Shown piece after piece: positions 27,765-43,474 of a DNA stretch of 64,000 nt. Below the pieces are notes generated by a model. That model saw nothing but the letters and a program-made list of their open reading frames with translations, was not told where the DNA came from and ran no database searches. This DNA is from Eledone cirrhosa (taxonomy: Eukaryota). The stretch spans positions 297,166,001 to 297,230,000 of the forward strand of contig OZ024743.1 of assembly GCA_964016885.1 (NCBI GenBank), written 5' to 3'. Made by a program: the position numbers and the translations under genes. Each line of letters opens with the position of its first letter. Position 1 is the stretch's first letter.

Positions 27765-27841
27765 AGAAAAGAAAACGAAAAATTAGTGATGCATCGGAAC
27801 TCAATTTATTGCGTGTTACAATTGTTTCCCCGACGAACAGC
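27765..27841 (-). mobile_element. Terminal fragment of the 55943-62720 PLE family (3' half of hammerhead)
   Basis: aaaacgaaaaattagtgatgcatc...ttacaattgtttc matches 56026-56095. Confidence 0.7.
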
Positions 27842-27982
27842 ATAGTTATGGCCTATTATGTTCTGAGTTCAAATCCTGCTGAGGTTAACTTTGCCTTTCA
27901 TCCTTACAGGGTTGATAAAATAAAGTACCAGTAATGCACTGGGTAATTGTTGGCCTTGTGCCAAAAATTAGAAAGAATTATT
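27838..27982 (+). mobile_element. tRNA-derived SINE, 5'-truncated
   Basis: gagttcaaatcc...gcctttcatccttacagggttgataaaataaagtaccagt. Confidence 0.75.
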
Positions 27983-29109
27983 GTATATAGACATAGTTAA
28001 AAAGTAAAGGTGAAAAAGCATATACCATACACATGTATAGCGATTATTTGTTTGGTTGTGTTGTGATATTGATTCGTTTGTTGTGTGTATACTCACTTGT
28101 AGCTTGCTGTGTCATGTGGTCACTGTTGTGTTATATAGTGTGACCAGAGCTTACATGTGTGCAAGTAAGTGAGTAAGTGTTCAATAAGATGATGATGATA
28201 TGATAGTTCCTTGATCACGCAGAAAATGAATATATATATAGAACCATGATGACACCAAACCGCTATATTATTAATCTATTAAAAATAACTCACGCTGGAG
28301 TTATACTAAAAATACACTGGGATTATGTACGCTATTTGTTTGTTTGTAAAAGTAGAATCAAATTGTATTTACCAAGAAAACTTCATGAACTTCACTGTCT
28401 TGAATAAGAGAGAGACTGAGAGATAGAGATTGAGTGAAAGAGAGAGAGTAAGAGAAAGTAAGAGAATAAGAGAAAGTAAGAGTCTGTAAGACCAGGAGAG
28501 AAAGAGAGCAAGAGTCTGTAGACCCAAGGGGTCTGTAGAAAGCAAATATTTTACATAATTACTCTATCAGGAACTGCTCCAAACTACCTTTTGCTAGGTC
28601 TAAGACAGGCTATTTATATCTGTCGTTTCTTCTGTCCACTGCCTTCAGAACCACAGGAGTGACCTCGAGAGATCGCCCTTGCATAAACTTGTTTTCGCCA
28701 AAAAGTGACCATTAAATGTCACCCCGGGGTCAAGGTGTGGGAAGATTTTGCTACACATGTACTCTTAACATAATTTCCAAGCTGATTCAACATGTAATAG
28801 TATGTGACATTCAGTGGGCTTCCACACAATTTCTGCTTCATCTAATTACAATCACATCTTTTGAGTCTATAGTAAAGACACTTACCCAAAATGCTATGCA
28901 ATGAGATCAAATGTTAGACATCATCATTGTGAAGCAAACTTGTTAACCCTTTCGTGACTGTATTTCTAATGAAATACATTCTATTTTAATCAATTATTGA
29001 AAAATGTTGAAGGATATATAAAAACCATTAATTATTTAATTACTAAGATAGTAACTTAACATATGGTTCTTATATAAAATTATGTTGGAAAATTTTAATT
29101 TAAATAGTA

Positions 29110-29322
29110 GACCCTTTAGCATTTAAACCAGCTGTAACTGGCCAAAATTCTCTCACCTCTTTCTGTTAAAACTGGCTGTAACTGACCACTCCTACCAATG
29201 TTAAGGTATTGTTTTTAAAATAAATAATATCAAAATCTCATAAATTCGATATTATGTGAGATAAAGCCTTTAATATGAAAATACAATAGTATATATAGAG
29301 TAAGGTAAATGCTAAAGGGTTA
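29110..29322. mobile_element. piggyBac-like MITE
   Basis: TIRs accctttagcattta / taaatgctaaagggt followed by TAA (TTAA-type end). Confidence 0.6.
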
Positions 29323-31109
29323 AAATGGACCAGAGATAGTTTTGGCTGGGTTAGTTTTGAAAGAGTTAAGCACTCAGTGATGCTTGTGTCCCTCATATAT
29401 AAAGACAGGATAGCTATATCTAGAATACATTGTCTCCTCAAACATGAGCATCTTGGGGCTAAACCACCACAGCACCAAAATATATTTCAGCAATGTTGTT
29501 TTTTCTCCCACTTTCACGAAATATAAGACATTATATGAAGAAATGAAGAAGCTGAAGAGTTTTGTAACATTCAAGGCCAATAAAAGAAATTGTCCTACTA
29601 ATGTAAAACAACACTATTAAAACGATAATTGCCTGAATATATAAAAGGTATAGATAGGTACTCACATGAAAGGACTGAAGTAATTCAATGATAGTGTCTC
29701 TTATTGTAATTTTATATATGTAATTATATACAGAACAATTTATGTATGTACATACTACATATGTATGAATATACAAATGTAAATACATACATACTTATGT
29801 ATGTTTGTATCTAACTACCTACATACCTATATATTGGTGTGTATGTGTGAGAGTCTGCCTTGTCACCTTGCTGCTCTGTCTGTCTAGCTATATAAGGACC
29901 TTGTCACCTTGTCACCTTGCTGCCTATCTGTCTAGCTATATAAGGACCTTGTGACTTGAATACTTTTTATTAAAATAACTATAGAGCATTATAGTGCTTT
30001 ACTAGGGGTGTAATTTTAGTTGTTTTGGTTTAACCACACCCCAAGACCAACAGAATAACAAATTTCTTATATAATGTGAAAATGTGAAATAACAAAGTAA
30101 CTCTAGGTGAAAAGAAGTTTAGATAAATATTCAGGACAATTCAATTCAAGGCTTGACACATTTATTTTTAGGCAGGTTGAACTGGAAGTGTTTTTGTGAC
30201 AAGATGAATAAAAAACTGAATTTTTGACAATAAACATTTTTTTATCACTCCCGCCTTTCTGAAAATAATGGGTTTATGTAAACTATGTTGTGGCAGCACA
30301 TATAACACTTAGTTATTGTTGTTCTAATTCATTTAGGAAAGTGAAAACATTTACTATTTAAAATCTTGCATCTGGGCTAACTTGCATTTTCTATTACAAT
30401 TATTTTGTTTGTATAAATATCAATCGATCAAATTGATTGATAAGATCCCAGATTTTCATTTGCTTACCATGTGGGGTGGATCTCAACAAATCAGACCAAG
30501 AAAACAATGTTTCCATTGCTGAAACTAGTCACAACTCCTGGCAGAAAGAACATGATAAAGTGTCTTGCTCAAAGACATAATGCATTGCCTGGTATGGGAA
30601 ATAAATTTGCAGCCCCATAATTGAAAATCTAATTCTCTAACCACTAAGCTATGCTTATAAATATAAAAAGTAATAAAAAAAAAAGAATGTAAAAAAAAAG
30701 CAGAAATCAATAATTAATATAAAAAATTGATTTATTTGAAACAACTGCCTAATGAAAACTTATTGAATGAAGTTTGAAGGCTTAATGAAATGAACCTAGG
30801 GAACTTGATATACATTGTATGCTATTGTTTACTTACCTCTGATCTAGGTAAAAACTTCCCTTCACAATCATGTGGTTTTAGGTCACATATTACCATGTGG
30901 TACTTAGGGCATCTTCTATCTTATCCATGTGAAGTAAAATTTGGAAGATGGGAACTGTGTAAACACACACAAACATGCATATGTTTATTAATGGCACTTA
31001 CAATATCAGTATTGATTAATGTCGAAGACAGCCTTGTAGGCCTCATGATAAGCTTGATCATAAACGGAATGAGGTATTTTTTAAAGTAATGTTTTAGAGC
31101 CATATTCTC

Positions 31110-31410
31110 CTCCTGGTGCCAACCCTTTTCTAAGTCTGTCTTGAGGTTCATCAACCTAGTGCTTATCACGTTATTTGTGGCATGAAGTGACTGAGAGTAT
31201 AAGTCTACCCCCTGTACAGGGCACCAATCAATCACAAGGTTAAACCCCCATTTACTGCTGGTACTCATTTTCAGCTGAGCACACTGGAGCAATGTGAAAT
31301 GAAGTGTTTTCCTCAAGAACACAACACACAACCCAATCAAGGAAATCAAATCCATGGCATTATGATCATAAGTCCAACACCCTTACCACTAGGCCACAAT
31401 CCTCCACATG
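31110..31410 (-). mobile_element. tRNA-derived CORE-like SINE
   Basis: tggtactcattttcagctgag...gaaatgaagtgttttcctcaagaacacaac...ccttaccactaggccac; weaker copy at about 30525-30655. Confidence 0.6.
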
Positions 31411-31714
31411 TCAACCCCTTCAGTTACTTCTTACTATAGGTAGATACACAGTCTAAGTGTGTATTGGTTTAACTGGAATTTAATTAAACAGTTAAATGGT
31501 TTATTTTTCAGATTCTTTCTTTTAAATCAATCAATCCTGGAGCAAAGTTCAACTCTACCAAGTTGTGAAAACAGTTCTCATTAAAAAGTCTATTTTGTAG
31601 AACAAAGAAAACTTACTGCCTCAAGCAGATTTTCATCAATATAGACCTATTGTATTGTTGGTTTTACTTGAAATATATCTTCTAGTATTGTTGAACTATA
31701 GGTAATAAAAAAGA

Positions 31715-31750
<36 letters not shown>

Positions 31751-31759
31751 GCCTGATTA

Positions 31760-32027
31760 CACCATTGTTGGTCGATTGCTTGAATCAACCAGCACTGATT
31801 ATTGTAATACACACACATATATTTATGTCACGAATGACCATGTGATTTGCACCTAGAAAGTTTCCCTCTGAGACACAAGTCCAGGCAAGGTTGTTCGAGG
31901 AAGACCACCAGTCGGCCATGCATACCAGCCTCCCCTCTCCCTGCCACCGCTGATGTCCAAGGGAAAGGCTATGGCCGATACAGCTTGGCACGGGTGACGT
32001 TGCAACTAATTTCTACAGCTGAGTAAA
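31760..32027 (-). mobile_element. SINE-like repeat
   Basis: GC-richer block ending atttctacagctgagt, resembling the SINE core at 31265; family recognised only loosely. Confidence 0.4.
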
Positions 32028-32029
32028 AC

Positions 32030-32062
<33 letters not shown>

Positions 32063-32074
32063 ATATATATATAT

Positions 32075-32236
32075 CATCATCCTCATCATCATCATCTTCG
32101 TTTAACGTCCATCTTCCACGCTAGCATGGGTTAGACGGGAATTGTCCCACTTGAGGCAAGGTTGGTCGGGTGACCGTGTCTCGCTCATATAGGACTATCT
32201 GGCTGGATGCCTTTCCTAACACCAACCACATTTACA
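32075..32236 (-). mobile_element. RTE family A-related 3' tail
   Basis: cgtttaacgtcc...cccacttgaggcaag...ggatgcctttcctaacaccaacc. Confidence 0.75.
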
Positions 32237-32439
32237 ATATAATATATATATATAGAGAGAGAAAGTCGTTTTCAAATACAAGAACAGATAAAGGTAGGTG
32301 AAGAAATGTTTACAGCTCAAAATATGAGATTTATTACAGTAAACTATTCAGAAGGCTATTAATTCTGATGAATCCAATAATTGGTTATTGGATTATATAG
32401 TTAATTAACTAATAATTGATTGTATTCCCTCTAAGATGG

Positions 32440-32625
32440 ACACATGCTTTGTGGCATATAGTTACATCCCTTTACATTTTGATTTCAAATCCTGCCAAGG
32501 TTAACTTTGTCTTTCATTCTTATGGGGGTCAATAAAATAAAGTACCAGTAATGCACTGGGGTAAATTTAACTGACTTACCCCTCTCTCAAAATTGTTGGT
32601 CATGTGGCTAAATCAGAAATCATTA
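32440..32625 (+). mobile_element. tRNA-derived SINE, diverged
   Basis: ttcaaatcctgcc...ctttcattcttatgggggtcaataaaataaagtaccagt. Confidence 0.7.
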
Positions 32626-32639
32626 TATCATCTTCATCT

Positions 32640-35060
32640 TTGTCCAACACAAGGTAGGCCTATGGCCTGTCAATCCATAAGTTCCTCCATACTTCTCTCT
32701 CTAGGAATAGCTGGGACTCCACTATAATTGACATTATTGATCCCTTCCTCTCTGCTCATCTCCTTCTTTGATGTTCTGTATCCATCTTTTTCCTACCTGT
32801 CTTTTTGTAGTTAGCTGCTAGTTAAACCACCTATTTGGGACTCTTTTGTTTTCCACATGCTTGATGTGACCATACCACCGGAGTTGGGCCTCTTCAATGA
32901 CTCTGAGGGTACTCTTCATATCCAGTTCTTTTCTGATGACATCATTCTGATGTTTGTCTCTCCATATAACTCCCTTGATCAGACATAGGGCTTGCATCTC
33001 TGCTTCCACGCGGCTTCTGCTTTATGTCATCAGAATCCAGTGCTCACACTCATACAGCAGGATAGGTCACAGGAACTTCTTGTAAATAGTGACCTTGACT
33101 TTCCATTGGATATGTTTGTCTTTCAGAAGAGGGTATATCATGCTTACATTGCTGCTGTAAATGCTGATTTGGTTATTTATGGTCACTGCCTTCTCTGTTC
33201 CACTAACAAATATTGCACCAAGGTATTTGTTGTTAACTGGCTCTAGTGAGGTACCATAAGCTGATGTCTAGACATGTGGGACATTCAACACCACCATCAC
33301 CTCCAAATTGGTCATATTCAGCTTCTGGCCATAATCAATAAGGACCGTATACTAGACATCAAACATTGTTTGGAGTCTCTCCTGGATGTCAGTGATAAGC
33401 TTGACATCATCAGTATATGCATCTCCTTGGCTGTCGTCAGCAAGATATCCCTCTGCAGACTTCAATACCTGGTCCATCAAGAGAATGAATAGCAGTGGAG
33501 ATAGTATACTCACCTGTGGTATTCCCATACTGATGTCAAACCAGATCTCCTTGCTAGGTTTTAGTCAGATTACATTCTTGTTGCATCTGTGCATCCCTTG
33601 GATAGCATGACAAAGCAGTATTGGGATATTGTATTCTGCTCTAAGAATGATGGCCCTCAGCTTGCTCCATAGGATTCAGTCAAAAGCCTTTTTGAGGTCT
33701 AGGAAAGCCAGGTATTTGTTTGTGTTGTACTCCCAGGCCTCAACAACATCTTCAGGGCAAAGATCAGGTCTGTAATGTTTCTGTTATGTCTGAAACCATT
33801 CTACCACTCACGAAGTTACTCTTCCTCAACAGATCTGAGACCTTGTTTCAGGATCCTCTCATAAATCATACCAATGTGTGGCAGAAATGAGACCCCGCTG
33901 TAATTTGCACACTAAGTCCAGTCTCTTTTCTAGTATATAAGGTAGATAAAAGCCTTACCCCAGTCCTCTGAAACCACTCCCTAGGTTCAGCTAGTATTGA
34001 AGTTGTACATGATCCACTGGAAGATACCATCTCCACTATACTTGTATATTTCAGCTGGGACTTCATCAACCCCTATAGACTTGTTGTTTGCAATCTCCTT
34101 CACTACCCTATTCACCGCCATTAAAATGATGTCTCTCTCTGCCGCATGATCTCAATGAGTAGCATTTGATGACTGTCCTTGATTGTCTGGATGGTCTCCT
34201 GGTTCTTTTTCCTGTATGACTTTGCCATAGAGTATATGTGCTTCTTTGTGTCATGGACATTTCTATCAAGCTCCCCACCTAGTCGTTCCATCTCAGACTT
34301 GCATTTTAACCCCTCTAACTACATAAATGGCATGGTTTCTGACATGGCCATAACTGTCTCTCATGTCCTGAGTTCTGTGCTTCATCCGCCTCTGGAACTG
34401 GTTGTTCTTGAACTTCACTGCTGCTTTGTCATCAGGTGTCCAGAAAGATGTCTGCTTTTTAGTGCCACCAATGTACTTTTCACCAGCTACTTCCTTTGTT
34501 ACCTCAAGGACTCCTGTGTGGAACTTGTTGCCACTGATGTTAGGAATAACCTCAGAGGTCTTAACCAACAGCTCACGTCTCACTTGGTGTTCTTTTAGGC
34601 ATTCTGTCTTGATCCTTTTCTTTTGTGGCATGAAACATGGACAAGGTAGTGTGATCTTGAGCTTTGTCAACATTGCTCTGTGATCAGAATCTAGGCTGAT
34701 ACATAGTGAGTACCACGTCTAACATGGACATGCTTCTGTAGGTGCCCATCTGTCTCTTCTAACCATACCATGTCCATTTGTGAGATAGATGGTGGTTAAA
34801 GGAGATGTTGATGACACTTAACTGATTCTGAGAATTCAATCCAAAGTTCACCATCTCTGTTTCTGTCACGAATCTCAGTGTTCTCACAGCCACCTCTGTC
34901 AGCACCCACATGGCCATTGTGGTCATCCATGATGATCATGTCTCTATGTGGCATTGAGTTGATATTGTTCTCTAGATCCTCATAGAAATCATTCTTGTTC
35001 CTGTCAATCTGCTATTTGTTGTGGATCATAGACCTAAATGGTGATGACATCTTCATTCTT
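32640..35060 (-). pseudogene. Old, heavily decayed RTE-type LINE (APE to RT)
   Basis: Minus-strand motifs YLAFLDLKKAFD (about 33680-33715), AYTDDV (33403-33420), QLRWYGH (about 32865-32885), LDSDHR (about 34678-34695); many stops and frameshifts. Confidence 0.8.
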
Positions 35061-35108
35061 CAGCTTATATCATCATTTAGCACCCATTTTGTCTGGTAGC
35101 AAGGGTTG

Positions 35109-35144
<36 letters not shown>

Positions 35145-35487
35145 TAGCACATTGATTGTTCAATTAACCGCCTACTTCATTAATGGACATTGATCAGCTG
35201 CTGAAGCTGAAAGCTAACAACAAAGAAATTATTTCAATTATTAGACCATAGCCATTAAGGCATTCATACATACATAATATATATATATATATATACAGAT
35301 ATACACATACATATATATGTATATATACACATACATATTCAAATATACAAATACATATATATATATATATATACATATATACACATACACATACACACAT
35401 ATATATATACACACACACACATATATATATATATTTATATATATATATATATATATATGCATACATACAAATATATACATATATATA

Positions 35488-35521
<34 letters not shown>

Positions 35522-35546
35522 CATACACACACATATATATGTATAC

Positions 35547-35578
<32 letters not shown>

Positions 35579-35600
35579 ACATATATATACATTGACATAT

Positions 35601-37190
<1,590 letters not shown>

Positions 37191-37659
37191 TATATATATA
37201 CTTGCTATATATATATACTTGCTGAGACTTGCATCATACAGGTTAATTATATACATACATCAAGAACAATACTTAAATACCTGAATTACACTTGTAAACT
37301 AAAATGTGTGAAACATTCAAGCAACATTACTATTGTTGGTGCCTTTTGTCCTCGTGTGTTACATCTATCTGTTTGCTTGTTTATTCATTTATGCATTTAT
37401 TTATAAATGTATTGGTTTATTTTCCGTTAAGAGAGGTAAGTTGCTGAATTTAGAGTAGCGGAAAAATATTTAGAGATGATCTAATTGCTTTATCAGTTTC
37501 ATGATCATGACCCTTGTTATCATGATAAGGATCATCATCATCATCCTCACCACCACCACCACCACCACCACCATGATGACAATTTGTGAGAGAAGTGCCA
37601 GACACAACCCATAAGGAAAAGTCTTACGACTAGCTAAAGAAATACGACTTCAAATCAAC

Positions 37660-38560
37660 AACTGAAGCTTTAATTTTCTCCACTCAAGAGCAAGCAATCA
37701 GAACCAGCTTGATAAAAAACAAAAACAAAAAAAAACATGCTAAAACTGTAGATTCACCCCTATGTAGACTGTGGTGAAAAGAACGAGAATATGCATCACG
37801 TCATTAGGGAATGCTCCAAATTAGCCCTAAGAGAATACAAAGAAGACACAAGACAGTTGCTAAGATTATCCATTGGAAATCTGTGGGAAGTATCATCTGG
37901 AATGAAATGAACTGTGGTATGAACAGCAACTAGAAAGAGTAGTTGAGAATGATGATGTCAAGGTCTTATGGGACATGATTATACAGTGTAATAATATAAT
38001 TGTTTCTACTTTTGGTACAAGGCCAGCAATTACCCAGTCCTTTACTGGTACTTTATTTTATCGACCCCGTAAGGATGAAAGGCAAAGTTAACCTCGGCGG
38101 GATTTGAACTCAGTTCATAAAGGGACGTAACTGTGGTGCAAAGCATGGCGTCTGAATATAATAACGGCAAGGAGATCTGACATTGTTATGATAGTACAAA
38201 TAGAGAGGATAGGTCAAATTATTGATGTCATTTCCAGAGATGGGAGGATTCACCCCCCCCCCCCCCCCCCCAAAAAAAAAATAGAAATGGAGAAAGTTGA
38301 TAAAAGAGGTTGAGATCATACCAATAGAGATAGGTACTTTTGGATGTGTGACCAAAAAGTTAGAAAAATTGATGGAAAAACTTGGGATCCAAGCAAAGAT
38401 AACATTCCTCCAGAAAATAAAACTACTAGGAACAGCTAGAATTTTGAGAAAGGTGATGAAAACATAAACCCTAGGAGACAGTAACCAAAAGTTCCTAGGC
38501 CATTAGTTATGACCTGTCCTCTAGGTTTTGTAATGCGAGAAAAGAACAGCTTGAGAAGAA
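37660..38560 (+). pseudogene. R4/Dong-like non-LTR retrotransposon C-terminal remnant (CCHC + RLE)
   Basis: QEQAIRT, CRL.., HHVIRECSKLA, IIHW, VENDDVKVLWDMIIQC, RRSDIV, LQKIKLLGTARILRKVM; interrupted by a SINE. Confidence 0.75.
37995..38155 (-). mobile_element. tRNA-derived SINE nested in the R4-like remnant
   Basis: Near match to 42113-42270. Confidence 0.85.
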
Positions 38561-38771
38561 GAAATAATAATCATAACAATCCAGGAACTAAGATCATTCC
38601 TGGGGGTGGATATGATAATGATAATAATGATTTCTTTATAATAATAACAATAATGATAAGAAAAATAAGAAAATCTATGAAAACTAGTGGTGGGTTACAT
38701 TAATAAATGCTAATCAATAAAAGTTCATAAAAATAAGGAAATTACAGTAAGTTGATCACGTTTCAGACACC

Positions 38772-38773
<2 letters not shown>

Positions 38774-38802
<29 letters not shown>

Positions 38803-38882
38803 CTTCTTCTTCTTCTTCTTCTTCTTCTTCTTCTTCTTCTTCTTCTTCCTCCTCCTCCTCCTCCTCCTCCTCCTCCTCCTCC
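38774..38882. repeat. (TTC)n(TCC)n polypyrimidine microsatellite
   Basis: Direct reading. Confidence 0.95.
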
Positions 38883-41800
38883 TTAGGGTCACAGGAAGGC
38901 AAATGAGAAAATAAAGAAATGAAAGAGTGAGTTATATGGTGTAGTAAATGTGTGTGTGGGGGGAGGGGATGTCCTTTCTTAATCTCTCTTTCCAAACCTA
39001 CAACTTCACTTCTTTCTTTTCTCATTCATCTTTCTATGAATGTGGTATAAGGATGTGTATTTTCTCTTCAAAGAAAGACAAACATTGGAAACTTTAGACT
39101 TTTCATTCCTCAAAGCAAATCAACTCACCTTTAATAATTTTACCATTAAGTACTTGCTCCCTTTATCTACATGGTCACTCAGCATCCTAGAATAGGTGCT
39201 TAAATTTTCCTCAACCCATAACCTATCATCTTTAACCCTTTATCTACCTTACTTCTTTTGGAAAATACTACCAGTTTTTCAAATCCTGTTGAAAATAATC
39301 AAATATTTAGAGGGATTAGTAATAAAATTAATTTTCTCATTAATAAGGTGGTGTTTAGAACATAAATTAACAAAAAGTACTTAGATAAAATTATGATAGA
39401 AGATTTTTAGTTAAGTATAAACACTTTGAAATAAAGACACTTGTATTGTAGAACCAGGGCTAGTTTCTGTCAGTTTGATATCAAAATGAATTTTTAAAAG
39501 GACTCCTACATAGACTATGTTTAAGATAGGGTGGTGGAATGATCACAAGCTAAATACTTTTGATCATAGTTCTGCTTGATCAAAGCTGCCCTGGGACCAA
39601 GCAACAATAACAATAGCAGCAGTAGTGACTACAACAATAACAATATTTTTAACCGTTAGTATTGGTTGGGGATGAAAATGATGAATATGAACGAAAGTAT
39701 TTCTTTTCTAGTCAGCATTTTATCAGTTTTAAACTCTTTGATGATATTTGAGAATTCTTTTCATGGCAAGTATCAGTTAATTGCTTTTGATAAAAAAAAA
39801 AAAATCTTTAATGTTCTCTATCATTGTCTTTTGTAGATATACAAGGAATCATTGAAGGTCATGAGCTGTTCAGTGTGATACGATCTGAAAATATGGAGTG
39901 TAGATATTATTTATAAAACTTCTGACCATCTTTCATGTAGCTTTCTTGTAGATACACAGCAAGCATTGATTTTAATATTGATGTATATCTTAGGAACTGA
40001 ATATTGTTGTTGATAGTATTGAGGTTTAATAAAGATCATTCAATGTCATAAATATACTTTACTTCTTCCATTACCCACTATGTTTATCTGGTCTAGAATA
40101 TGTACATGATATCCTTGCGTGTCATGAAAAGTATCTAAAAGGCTTGGTAACAGAAAAGATATCAAGCTATAAAACATTACCTCAAGAAGGACCCTGTGAT
40201 GTGTATGAAGCATGTCAGATTAACTTCTACTTTAGCTGTGAAAATGGCTTTAAAATGTTTTCTGTTGTGTTCTATCATTACCATTGGCCATCACTTCTTT
40301 CTCTGGCGCAATCTAGTACTTATATTTCTTCTATCACACTCTAGCTTGCTTTGTCTATTCAGTCTGGTTCTTCTGTTATTACTCTTTCTCCTATTGACTG
40401 TTGTGTCCATGTTGCCTTGAACAAACAGAGACATGATAACATAGGAATGAGGTGGCCCCTAAGTCTTGGTGAGGATATAACAACCTGTCTAGTGTTGGTG
40501 CCATGATAAAACGTGCCTTGTACACTCTGTAAAATGGTTGCCATTACGAAGGGTCCCTAGTTATAGAAAACATGTCAAAAAAGAAATATATGAGTGAGAC
40601 ATAGTTCTTCAACCTGTCAAGGAGGGTAATAGGGTAATAACTTTAGATAAGAATTGATTCGGACTGTGACAAACCATTTAACCTATGCCAGTAAGGAAAG
40701 TGAAAATAAAATAATAATGATGACAAGGATGAGGATGATGGTGATAATAATTGATGACTATAGCAATATATGTCAGTACCCTAATGAATCTGTCAGACAC
40801 ACTATGATAAAGAAAGTAGCTTTGAAGTTATTATCACTCTTTACATTTATTTTGTTATATAGATATTGATTACTCCTGTCTACTTGATACATTCTTGCAC
40901 TTTCTTTTGTCTCATGTTGGCTAGAATCTTTGCTATTGCCAGCTATATTAGGCCAGCCCTAAGTATTTTGTCTTATTCAATTGACTGTGCTAATATTTTT
41001 ATCAGGAAAAATATAAAAAGAAATTTTCATTAATAAATGTTGCATTTTTCAGGAAACCATAAAATAGCATATTGATGATTGTGTGGGTGAGAAACGGTTT
41101 TGTTAATGTCTCATCTTATCATACAATATCCATGTTATTGATTAAAGTGATGTATCATTTATGACCCACTCCAATCAAATAATCTAGTATTTAGTGGATT
41201 AAACAATTTTATAGCTGACTCCTAAATTGTAGATGATTTACAGTTAAATCAAAAAAGAAAAGAGAAGAAAGATTCAATCAATATATTGATAGGAAACATT
41301 CAAACCATTTCAATTTTAACTGGTTTCTTCCATTTGCCAGTGATATATACACCATGTCTTTACGTCAGATTGTGTTGTTGTGAGTACATGTACGTCATAA
41401 AGACTCTTGTTTGTCTGTAGGAATGTGGGTGAATGAATTAACTAATTATAGAATGTTATATGCTATAAAGACATTCCTACATTAAACTACAAACCATTGT
41501 AACATTATTGGGGATGTTTATGTTAGATTCAACATGAATATAACAATTTATTAATATTTATACATTATAGTGGGAATAGCAGCTATTTTCACTTGGATTA
41601 ACTGAAAAATATAATAGGAGAAGGCAAGGCAGTGCCCAAGACCCTGTTCAAGGCCTCCAAAACTAGTGAGGGGTAGGATGGAAGGTGTCTTCAAACTAGA
41701 GACCTGGTCTGAATACTTGCAACAGAATGGGTTCTGGTGAATGCCACACAAAACCAAATGGTGGTGTTAAACTAGACAATGGAATAAATCTATAGAATGG

Positions 41801-42112
41801 CCAAACTTGGGAATGTTACCATATTTGTTGGTTAAGTGTGCATTCTATGACATATTTGTTGCTATTTGAGTAGTTGGAAGTATATTCTTGATTTAGGTGT
41901 TTAATGTGGGTCTTAGTTAGAATTCAATGTTTCACTTTATAGTACATTAAGTAAACCAATAAACCAGATGAGCCCATACAATTGTATGTAATTCATTGCA
42001 AATAATAAGATTCATAAATGTTGCTAATGATTTACTGAATTCATCTTGGGAAAGATTAGAATATCATTTATGATGGACCAATTAATAAGGAGAGAGCAAG
42101 GAATGAATACAT

Positions 42113-42300
42113 AATTGTTTCTACTTTTGGCACAAGGTCAGCAATTACCCAGTACATTACTGGTACTTTATTTTATCGACCCCGTAAGGATGAAAGGCAA
42201 AGTCAAACTCGGCGGGATTTGAACTCAGACCGTAAAGGGACGTAACTATGCTGCAAAGCATGGCGTCCGACCCTTTACCGATACTGCCAATCCACCGCCC
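42113..42300 (-). mobile_element. Full-length young tRNA-derived SINE with 18-bp TSD
   Basis: Pol III-like head (gtggattggcagtatcggta ... gagttcaaatccc); aaggaatgaatacataat repeated at 42098-42115 and 42301-42318. Confidence 0.9.
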
Positions 42301-42329
42301 AAGGAATGAATACATAATGAGAGTAAAGA

Positions 42330-42760
42330 GGATATAGTCATCACAAACACGCAGCTCACATCATCTTTTCTGTACTCATCCTAGTTCCAGCATTTGACCT
42401 TCTGGACTGCAAGAACAGAATGAGATGGATGGAAGAACATGCAAGCTGCTTAATGTTATTGGAAATTTTAAAACAATGAAGATGTGGTTAGGCTATATTC
42501 CCAACAGAAGGAGGGTGATCAGTGTCTAAATTCCATATTAACTTCCTGCGAAACCAGGATATTAACACTGAAGCAACATATCTAATAGAAAAAAAGACAG
42601 CAACCATCTTACCTAGGTATATGATAGCTATTAACCTTGAGGAAACACTGGTGAGATAGAGAGAGGAAAGAAAGTATCCTCATACCAAAGATGTAGCTAG
42701 AAAGTTTGCAACAGAGGGAACTCCACTAAAAGCAGTCATGGACCAAATTGTAGTGTTATA
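42330..42760 (+). pseudogene. R4/Dong-like RT C-terminal remnant
   Basis: RLYSQQKEGD.CL resembles the RLYxxRxxGGRGL motif; decayed. Confidence 0.45.
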
Positions 42761-43124
42761 ACAGGTGACAGATTAAAACTACCATCCAAGAATTAAGTCT
42801 CCAATCTGGGGTTTTTTCACTCCTATTGGAAGAACCCCTTGACCTCCACCATTTTCCGTTTGGGTTTTGTCATGTCAGGAGTGTAGCTGCACTCCCACGT
42901 TTGACCAATTGTGGGTTGGTGAGGCTATTTAATCTATAGTTAAGGTGGATGGCAATTGATGCTGAAGAGTTCATCTGCCCTTTTAACAGCTCTTGTTTTT
43001 TGTGTTGCTGGGGTTCCACTTACCTCCCTGACAAGGCCAGGGTTTGGAGGGGGAGTCAATTAAGTCACTGACCATTCAACTATGAAGTAGGTTGTACTGT
43101 GTTTGGTACCAGTAGCAAGCAGAA

Positions 43125-43300
43125 GCTAAATTATGTCTACCTCCCAAGAATTAAGTCTACCAACCAAGAATTAAATCTACCACCCTAGAATTAATTCTAT
43201 TATAAAAGAATCAAGTGTATCAGTTAAAGAATTATGTTAAACCCCCAAATTAAGTCTACTACTCATGATTAAGGGTACTTCACAAAATTAAGTCTATCTC
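43125..43300 (+). repeat. Degenerate tandem repeat of about 20 bp (aagaattaagtctacc)
   Basis: About 8 decayed units; one more unit at about 42787. Confidence 0.6.
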
Positions 43301-43474
43301 CTGAGATTGAGTGTTCCTCCTGAGGTTACGTCAACCCATGCAGTTGTGGAAAAATGAATATTAAATTGTATTGATGATGATGATGATTGAGATATATGGA
43401 TTATATAGAGTCAATTTAATTTCCTTTAGTACATTTTGACACTTATTGAGAAATCAAAATTACTGTAGCTCCAT

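Noticed and set aside
32366-32395. CTGATGA followed by a strong hairpin
   Set aside because: No GAAA or stem III follows; at most a dead remnant
38756-39025. Poly-Glu ORF
   Set aside because: Product of the (TTC)n(TCC)n repeat
39838-39903. Possible short exon after ttttgtag
   Set aside because: No convincing donor site or recognisable protein similarity
42215-42300. tRNA gene
   Set aside because: Pol III box-like motifs belong to a SINE head; no cloverleaf
43125-43300. Short direct repeats resembling an array
   Set aside because: Units are adjacent and degenerate with no unique spacers
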